This document shows, piece by piece, positions 54,726-64,000 of a DNA stretch of 64,000 nt. Location: contig NC_043012.1 in the NCBI RefSeq assembly GCF_006345805.1, forward strand, positions 51,026,001-51,090,000, given 5' to 3'. Position 1 is the stretch's first letter, and each line of letters begins with the position of its first letter. Both the position numbers and the translations under genes were made by a program. The stretch is from Octopus sinensis. Taxonomy: Eukaryota. The notes beneath the pieces were generated by a model. It was not told where the DNA came from and did no database searches. It saw only the letters and a program-made list of their open reading frames with translations.

Positions 54726-55828
54726 CAATATAATACGTATGCTTGTCTGTTTGTGTGCGTTTATGCATTTTTGTGTGTGCACGTGTATATGTGTGCGCGT
54801 GCGTGTCGTTGTTCAGACTATTTTCCCACAATCAAACAACAATTGGGTACAATTAAACACATAATTACCATTTCAATGTACCCCTTTATATCTACAGTAA
54901 ATCCGTATTTTATAGCTGATTAACACTTTATAGGGAGATGCTGAGGTTTGGGGACTAGGATAAATTTTGGGGCCTTTTTCTCAGACAGGTTTAGTTGCTA
55001 TAATTTTGGAGAAGATAAAATTAAAATAGCCATACTTAAATAGCGGTTCATGGCTTCGATAAGATTTTGTTTTAAATAATATAACTTGGTTATGATATTC
55101 TCCTTGCCTATCACGCCATCTTTTGGTTGAAAATTCAAAGGATGCCGAACCAATTTAGAAACGTATTTACAAACTTAGATTAAACACTAAGTTTGTAGAT
55201 CAAACATTTGGAAGGCAAATGCAAAAATTGTTTTTATGGCCCAATAATTTTGATGGCTATCATGATGCTTTTCACAAATTAGTTGCAAAAGCTATGCATG
55301 AGCCCATTTTCAGAATTATATATATTTTACTTCTAGGATAGCAAATACAATTTTGCAGTGTAGAAGACTCAATAATGATGCCTTAAATAAATGCCACTAC
55401 AGCTAATGTAATGCAAGATTACTGAACAATTATTTCTTCCTTCGTCGTTCATTGCGCTACGACTTAAAATATGTATTCAAGTTTGTAGCTTTCTGGAATA
55501 TGTAAACTATCTATGTCAATTGATCTGGCAGCATTCATTATGCTGTGGAGTTCTAGCAGACCGGAATATTGTCATTGATGAGACTGGTGTGTAAACAATG
55601 ATGTAGTACAGTGTGGAATACTCCTGAATTTCTTGAAATGATCTCCCCATGTATCGCTACTTGCTAGTAACTGCCGCTAAGCTTTTTCCCTCCACTGAAA
55701 ATGTACATTTCAAAAATAAAATTATGCATGCGGCGTTCAATAAGTTATCCCAAATACTTTTTATACAAATTCATGCAGTTGACAAAACTGAGTAATTTTC
55801 CTCCTTATTTATGATACACATTAAGCTA

Positions 55829-55873
<45 letters not shown>

Positions 55874-55931
55874 ATATATATAAAGGAAGTCTGTAGAATC
55901 TTCGTTCAGCTCCATTTCTTTCTCCCTTCAC

Positions 55932-55966
<35 letters not shown>

Positions 55967-56061
55967 CGGGAAGCTTTGAAAATAAACAAAAGACGAAGGC
56001 AGGTGGAAAACAAACGAACAATTGTATTAGTATGGCGCTCAGGAAATATAAATAAAACAAG

Positions 56062-56099
56062 TCTTTAACGTTTCGAGCCTACGCTCTTCAACAGAAAGA
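56062..56099 (-). ncRNA. Minimal hammerhead-like motif with CUGUUGA (A6U) core
   Basis: UCUUU-CUGUUGA-A-GAGC(GUAG)GCUC-GAAAC-GUU-AAAGA: stem I 5 bp, stem II 4 bp, palindromic stem III. Confidence 0.6.
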
Positions 56100-56644
56100 T
56101 ACACGAGAGAGAAAAACACAGAAAGAAGGAGAGAAAAAAAATGCGTGCAGTAGCTAACGAATCAACATGGCGATCTGATTTCGGCCAGAGGTCAAAGATC
56201 AAACATGAGACGCGAGAGCGAAATAAGGGGAGAATAATAGGGTTGATAAATGGGTTGAGGGACCAGCTAAAAGTGCGTGGGAGGGGTCTGGATGTGTGTA
56301 TGTATAGGGTTGGTGTATGTATTAGTATGTCTAAGGTGTGGTGTGTGTGTGTGTGTGTGTGTGTATGGAGAGAGTATTAGTGCGTAAGATTGGTCTGGAC
56401 GTGCGTATGTATGGGGTTGGGTATGTATTAGTATGTATTAGTATGTATTAGTACGTATTGGTATGTATAGGCGTGTGTGTGTGTTTGTGAGAGAGTATAA
56501 GTGCGTATGCGGGGTCTGGACGTGTGTGTATGTATAGGGTTGGTGTAAGTATTAGTATGTACTAGTATGTATTAGTACGTATTAGATGTATTAGTTGGTG
56601 GTGTGTATTAGTATGGCACATCATATGTGATGTGATGTGTAAAG

Positions 56645-56970
56645 TCATGTGGTGTAGTGAGGAGAAGAGGGGAACGGGGAGAAGAGGGGGGGGTGAGAAA
56701 GAGGGGGGGGGGAGAAGGGGAGGGGAAGAAGAGGGGGAGGAGAAGGGGGGAGAGGAGAGGATGGGGGAGAAGGAAGGGGATGAGGGGGAGAGAGAGAAGG
56801 GGAGAGAGGGAGTGAGGGAGCAGAGGGAAGGGGGAAGGAGGGAGGGAGAAAGAGGGAAGAAGGGAAGGGGAGTAGGGGTGAAAGGATGAAGGACTGAAGA
56901 AGTAGGGGTCGGGGGGAAGAAAGGATAGGTGAGGAGGGGGGTGACGGTTAGATGAGGAGGGGGGGGAGAG
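56645..56970. repeat. G/A-rich polypurine tract with many GGG runs
   Basis: Direct reading; lies within the Penelope 3' region. Confidence 0.9.
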
Positions 56971-57140
56971 TTGAGACCAAATGGCGTATAGAGCGAAGAG
57001 AGAAGATTAATTCCTGTTCACGGCGCAAACGGGAATCCGGATGGCCTCTGTGTAAGGACAAACCGAACACAGATAGGTGTTGCAAGGAGTGACCGGTGGA
57101 GCGGAAATGTCGTGAGACCGGTGTGTCGTTCGCAAGGTAT

Positions 57141-57168
57141 ATTTTATAATATATATTTTTTTTTTTAC

Positions 57169-57248
<80 letters not shown>

Positions 57249-57270
57249 TTATATATATATATATTTATAT

Positions 57271-57320
<50 letters not shown>

Positions 57321-57501
57321 ATATATTTTTTTTTTTACATATATATATATATTTATATATAATATATATATATATATTTATATATATATATATTTTTTTT
57401 TTTACATATATATATATTATTTTATATATATATATATATTTATATATCTATTTATATATATATATATTTATATATATTTATATATTATTTATATATATAT
57501 T

Positions 57502-57534
<33 letters not shown>

Positions 57535-57577
57535 TTATATATATATATATATATTTATATTATATTTATAGATATAT
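57141..57577. repeat. About 440-bp almost pure A/T (TA)n-derived tract
   Basis: Direct reading; internal repeated unit ttttttttacatatatat occurs three times. Confidence 0.95.
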
Positions 57578-57612
57578 AGTGTGTGGGTGTGTTGTGTGGT
57601 GTGTGTGTGTGT

Positions 57613-57900
57613 GGAGTCGCAATGGCCCAGTGGTTAGATCAGCTGACTCGCGGTCGTAGGATCGCGGTTTCGATTCCCAGACCGGGCGTTGTGAGTGTTT
57701 ATTGAGCCAAAACGCCGAAAGCTCCAGGAGGCTCCGGCAGGGGGTGGTGGCGATCCCTGCTATACTCTTTCGCCATAACTTTCTCTCACTCTTTCTTCTG
57801 TTGGCCTGCTCGCCTAGCCAGCGCGGTGGCGTAATTTGAAGGCTAAAAAAATGCGAGGCGCATTGTGACCAGCGATGTGCAGCAACATCTGACATCACGG
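57613..57900 (+). mobile_element. tRNA-derived SINE family C, alternative 3' half
   Basis: First about 180 nt homologous to 54280-54461, then unrelated. Confidence 0.88.
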
Positions 57901-59719
57901 TGATATATATATATATATTCTTTCTCTACATAAAATTCTTTTTTTATTGATCTCACAGGCTCGTCCAAATAATGTTATACTTAAGGTGTCTACGAGTGAA
58001 ATATTTTCATCGTTTTCCCGTTGACAGCAAATAAAAAGCGGACTCTGGTAGCCCTTGGCATTTAAAGTAAATTTAGAAATCCTTAATTTCTTGACACTAT
58101 CTATTTTCTTTTAGAATCTCTGCATTTGCTGCTAGGGTTTATATTCTTTCTTTAAGTAAGAATGAAAATTCAATTAATTAAGATTTTTATCATCCCACTT
58201 CCGGTACATTACCCATAACTTATGAATACTTGATACATTATGTCTGAAAATAAAACATAGGATAACAAAGGCTGAGACGCCTTTGATGATCTCTCTGCCA
58301 GATAACAGCCGTCTTGCGTTAAACAATAACAACAATCATGAGTGTCACAAATTAACATTTCCCCCTTTCTTTGAAATACATATTTAATTCTCATCAACAC
58401 AAACTAATAACATAATAACTAAACAAGTAAGTCATTTCCGATTATAGTTTCAAATGATTGTTTCATTTCAATATTATTTCGGAAAGTGGAAACTCGACAA
58501 CTTCCGATTAATTTCCCATACAATTCTAAGGATATCAGCCAACTAAACACAAATTCATTATAAACTGAATGTGCTATTGGGTAATTCTTTTGTGGATAGT
58601 ACAAAATAGGCAGCAGGAATCCTATTTCTATTTACGTGAATTCAAACGCTTAATATTCAATAATTCATTAGTAGTAGTGGTGGTGGTGGTGGTGGTGTTA
58701 GTGATAGGGGTGGTTGTTGGTGGTGGTTGTTGGAGTGTCATCCGTCAGTCTCAAGGAAGTACATTAATTTCTCTCTGTATCAATATAGCACAAATGCTTC
58801 TCCCGTAACCGCACCACATACCCTCAATCACGGGCAGCGGCAAACGTGTGCCCTTTCACTCCAAATGATGAAACTTGCGTTCAAAACATCTATTCTTAAT
58901 ATAGATAAAACCTTATAGATAAAGCTTATCCTTTTCTCAGCTACGCTTTAAGCAATCCAACCCAGCCACTAAACACTAAGTCTAAACGCTCCATCTCAGA
59001 ATGTAACCATATTGTAAGGAAAATACAAGGTTAGTGTCTTTCACGGTTGATCTAGTAAAGTAAAGCGAGAACAAAACAAGAATTGATACCATCGGTCAAA
59101 GACGACCTGTAAAGGACATTTATGCTTCTAAGAAACAACAAGGTTAAAATGTATGCAACTGAATATTCAACACACACATATAACATAGAGGGGAAAGAGA
59201 GAGAGAGAGAGCGGGAATGTGTGTGTGTGTGTGTGTATGTGGTGTGTGTGTGTGGTGTGTGTGTGTGTGTGGTGTGCGTGTGTGCCTGTCCGGGAGAAGA
59301 GGTGAGGGAGAACTTCAATGCAGGAATGGTGCCCATAAAAAGGCTATGTTCAAGTCGGCGTATTCGTATGTGGAATGCAAAGGTGAAGATTTTCCGGGTT
59401 AACAAAATTGCTATAGATTCCGTAGATCAGTAAGTTGTTATAAAAGTAACAGAAGAAATTCAACAGCTGTTACTTATTGGAGGAGTACTAAAAACTGCAG
59501 AGACGACAAGTTACTGTAATTCCAATCAGAATAAATAAGATATTTGTTATTCATATCTAAATAAACCAGTTGCAGTTTTAGATGCTACGTAAAGAGATAC
59601 CTTATCCATCTAAGAAAAACACAATGTAGACTTTAGTCCTTGTATGAGAGATGAGTTAATGATAGAGGAAGATACATCTATTTGTGGCTCAAAGATAAAA
59701 ATTATAGGAGTTATTTTCA

Positions 59720-60170
59720 TATTTGTTTCAAATTTTGGCATAAGTTCAGCAAGATTGGGAAATGGGGTAAGTCGATTACACGAACACTAGAGCTCAACTG
59801 ATAATGGTTTTATCGAGCCCTATAGGATTAAAGGCGAAGACGAAATTATCGGAATTTGAAGGCAGACTGTAAAGACGGACGAAAGAACGGGAAGCATTTT
59901 TACCCAGCGTGCTGACGATCCAATCAGCTCACCAACTTAGGGTGTTTGTATATTGGTTTCAAATTTTGACACAAGTCCAGTAACTTCGGGGAAGGATGTA
60001 ATTCGACTATATTGACCCCAGTGATCAACTGGTACTTATTTCATCGATTTTGAAGGGCGGATAGCAAAGTCAACCTCAGAGGAATTTGAACTCAGAAATT
60101 AAAGACGGAGGAAATGCCTCGAAGCATTTTACCCGGCATGCTAATGATTCTGCCAGTCGGCCGACTTACT
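59720..60170 (-). mobile_element. Two adjacent degenerate SINE family A copies
   Basis: ggaatttgaactcagaa and ggtacttatttcatcga in reverse orientation. Confidence 0.75.
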
Positions 60171-60651
60171 GGATTTGTCTATCAGAAGGTGTGTGAGAGA
60201 GGTGGAATACTAATTTGAAGAAATTTACGAAGTTGAATATATAAGAAAGAACAGTGAATACATTTATTCGCTATTGGGAATGAAACATGTTTCTAAATTT
60301 ATACGCGTAATTGAAAATGAATTCAGTAGATTCTGTTGAGCATGTTGTTCTTACAGCGAAGAACAAAATTCTTGACTTAAAAGTGGATTCAAGAGCTGAT
60401 GACTGAACACAATTCTCCATCTCTTCCTACTGGGATAAATCTGTTCTATTGGTAAATGTTCTCTGGCTCTTTTCTTTGGCGATTAGTGTCGTTATCGATC
60501 TTAAACTATAACTAGAAGATTTAATCTGCCATGTAGTTTAACACTGCTATATTTTTCTTCAACGTTAAGGAGGATTTTAGTCGTTCGGGCCAGGTGACCG
60601 ATTTGAAGTTTCTTTCCTCCTTCAATTCACCCAAATTCAGCGGCCATGAAT

Positions 60652-60720
<69 letters not shown>

Positions 60721-61233
60721 AACAAACATTGGATCTGATCTTACTTTTGATCACATGGCAACAAAAGAAATAAGAAGTTAAGCGTTGATTGATTCATTTT
60801 CCTCGTAGCAATGGTACGTGCCCTTTTCAATATGTTCTATAGGCATGTTTTGGCATTGAAGTAAATGATTTATAAGGCTTACATCTCAAACAAGTGTCAT
60901 GACGATTCAAAAGGCATCTCTACTAGAATGAATATTTTAAAAAACACAGTGTACATTATTGTATAATGCTGACATTTCATCTTCTTATGAGCCAACAAGG
61001 CAGAGATATCACGTAGTCACTACTCTGTTATAAATCACATTCTACGATGAAACAGATTTTCCGTTAGGATACATTAGTTAAACAATATGGTACAGTCATA
61101 TGTGTAATGGGAACATTTATTGAGGCTTATCTGGGAATAAACATCCACAGCATCGAAATTGTGCCCTCAGTATGGGTTCTCTACCTTCAGATAATTAAAT
61201 CGACCACTCATGCGACTTCAATTCACTGCGAGC

Positions 61234-61335
<102 letters not shown>

Positions 61336-62270
61336 AGAACATTGATAATAATTTTTGGGCAATACTGGAGTTCCTGTTTTGTTATTCCACGAAATGTTTT
61401 TTTCCAGAACTTCAATATGTTATTCCTCTCAATGATAATGCCGTCATATTGTTTCCTGTATTCCTTTTGTAAAATGTATTGCCTGTGTGTAAAACACGGA
61501 AGTTTTGTATGCCTTAATCTCAAATCTGAATACTTTTGATGTTCTTTGTTTCATCAAACTTTATAGACCGTTGTGGTTTAATTCTGATATTTATACTCAA
61601 GTTAGTGAAAGAGCATTATTCTATAGCAAGAACACAAACAACCAAACACCAAAATCACAATGGATTTACTCCTATTGTTGCAAATGTATTGCATTGAAGC
61701 AACACCGAACCAGTAACATCAGGATAACAAAACACTTAAGGTGTTTCACTGACAGCTTTGATTAAATGGTGAGCATCAAAATATCTTTCAGAAAAGCTAA
61801 ATAAGCCGCCTCACTTGAGATGTTCAGTTCACATAGAACCAAACTTGTCGTATAATTTACAACGCATTCAGCACTGAATATATAGAACACAAGGGCTGTC
61901 TCTATGATACTACAAAGGTAAAGTCAAAAGGTTTATCTAGAATACATCAATCCCAAAACTGGGAAGATGAACTACATCGCCATCGAGAATAAACTGTTGA
62001 ACAAAAACGTCGCAGAATTGATCAGAATGAACGCTGTAGATCATACATTCTCCAACATCAGGAACGTATACCGCTGCCTTTGATGTCTAACCTAATCAAG
62101 GGCTGGTCTTCTCAGACATCAGTGGTATCATCACTTCAAATAAGAAATGAAAATATGAATTATTCGGAAACAATAAAAAGCTGAAAGTGACGAGGTATTA
62201 AGACAGAAATGTAAGAGGGGAAAAAAAGGAGCATAAAGTAGTGAAGGAAATTATATTTAGTAAGACGGAG

Positions 62271-62293
62271 AAAAAGAAGAAGAAGGAGGAGAA

Positions 62294-62333
<40 letters not shown>

Positions 62334-62365
62334 TGGAAGAAGAAGGAGAAGAAGAAGAAAACGGA

Positions 62366-62460
<95 letters not shown>

Positions 62461-62540
62461 TAATAATAATAATGAAGAAGAAGAAGAAGAAGAAGAAGAG
62501 AAGAAGAAGAGGAGCAACAACAACACGAACAAGAACAAGA
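62271..62540. repeat. (GAA)n-(AAT)n-(GAA)n compound microsatellite
   Basis: Direct reading; source of the poly-K/N/Y ORFs. Confidence 0.95.
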
Positions 62541-64000
62541 AGAGAGTGGGATAGGGAGATATAGAGAAGGCGGAGATTGAGAGAGAGAGAAAGAAATCGT
62601 TTATGCACGCTTTTCATGCTAGAAATTGCTAGCGAATCTTTGCATGTCTGAAAATTGTGCAGAGGACAATGGGTAATCTATTTCAAACATAAAAAAATAT
62701 ACAGAAGTATCACAGCTAGAAGATATTTAATCAGAAGCCATTAAAGATGACCTGTGCTGAATAACGGCAATAAAATGTAAGGGAAGAAAAAATTTGTGCA
62801 ATGTCACTGAACTATGCCATACAATAAAACGTTAATCGAATGTTTATTTCATAAAAGCTAAGCTGAAGGTAAACAAAACTTGAATAAACCTTATCTTGAA
62901 ATGAAGGGCCATCAATGATATCAGACGTAAATAGTCGTTACACTTGATCCTTGTTCCTGTATATTTATTGAAACAAATTAATTTTCTTCCTTCATCTGGT
63001 AACATAATGGTCGACTAAATATTTATATTCCAACAACATTTTAGAACATTCATTAGCTATTTGTAACTGCCTATGATATTTTGTTTCTCTGTGATTGGGT
63101 TGTACCAACGTAACTATTACAGTTAGCCGAGTCACAAAACATCGTTTCTCGGGAGTGAGAAACTGTTCGGAATAATAATGAAATACTGTTATGAGTGACC
63201 ATAGCGGATAAATCTAATTAGCGTATTTAACTCTGGTTAATTATTTCAGATAATTGCTAATAGACAATATTAAGATGCTATATATTTCTTGAGTATCGGA
63301 ATAGATTAGAAGAAGTAAACTACGAGCCATTAATTAAGCAAACGAATAAGATATTATGCTCCAATATACCAGACCGATAAGGTATCTCGGTTAAATATGA
63401 GTTATATTACAATGATGGTATCAGTTCAGTAATGTCGATTTGGATGTTAAATATAGATTTACTTGAGAGTTGCATTTGGATCTGATAATATAGAGAATGC
63501 GTCATGGTATTTCATTTTCAAATGAAAAACACTGTGTCGGCAAATGATATAACACATTTAATTTTAAAAAAAGTTATTTCAGTGAATGTTAGCAGCCTTT
63601 AATGAAAGGAATATTAAAGATATAACTAAAATTCGCTGAGAAAATCAATATTTGATAAAGCTTGTTATTATGTAAATTATTTCGGCAATCCGGATGAAAT
63701 CCCCAGAGACATTTCCATATTATCATGACCTCATCAACATATTATATAATCTAACGTAATTGTTGAATCTGTGGTGGCAGAAATAACTTAGTAAATGTAT
63801 AAAATTATACTCAGGCAAGTGTAGAAAAAAATTTTCAAAAAGTAATCTGGTGAGGACATTCACATTAATAATAAAATTTAAGATATTTGCAGGATGCATT
63901 TTAAGCTAACAAGAATTAATTGTATGATGAGCAAAAAAATAGTTTGAAGTGAAACGATATAAATGAAGGAAAGTGACTAATATTATAATATATATCTGGG

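Larger units (their letters stand above)
55965..57137 (-). mobile_element. Penelope-like 3' remnant (GIY-YIG C-terminus, low-complexity 3' region, terminal module)
   Basis: Minus strand [47 protein letters not shown]; bounded by (TA)n on both sides. Confidence 0.88.

Overview
AT-rich, microsatellite-saturated eukaryotic DNA with no identifiable host protein-coding gene. The SINE/MITE repertoire looks cephalopod (Octopus-like); this is an inference from repeat-family recognition, not a database hit. Nearly all ORFs in the supplied track are translations of (TA)n, (GT)n, (GATA)n or (AAT)n arrays. Supported content: (i) a full-length but substituted U2 snRNA copy (26956-27145). (ii) Decayed retroelements: an R4/Dong-type RT fragment, a CR1-type 3' end, an RTE-type fragment with an inverted 5' piece, and Penelope-like RT/GIY-YIG remnants. 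(iii) Two mariner remnants. (iv) Three copies of a TIR element carrying TTAGGG repeats. (v) Three SINE families in many copies. (vi) Several local direct and inverted duplications. The most interesting signal is a set of five minimal hammerhead-ribozyme-like motifs in Penelope-type terminal modules. They have covarying stem I, a zero-loop palindromic stem III (dimer-type architecture), and a non-canonical core (CUGUUGA) shared by two Penelope copies whose endonuclease codons diverged only synonymously. All alignments were done by eye, and repeat boundaries are approximate (about +/-10-20 nt).
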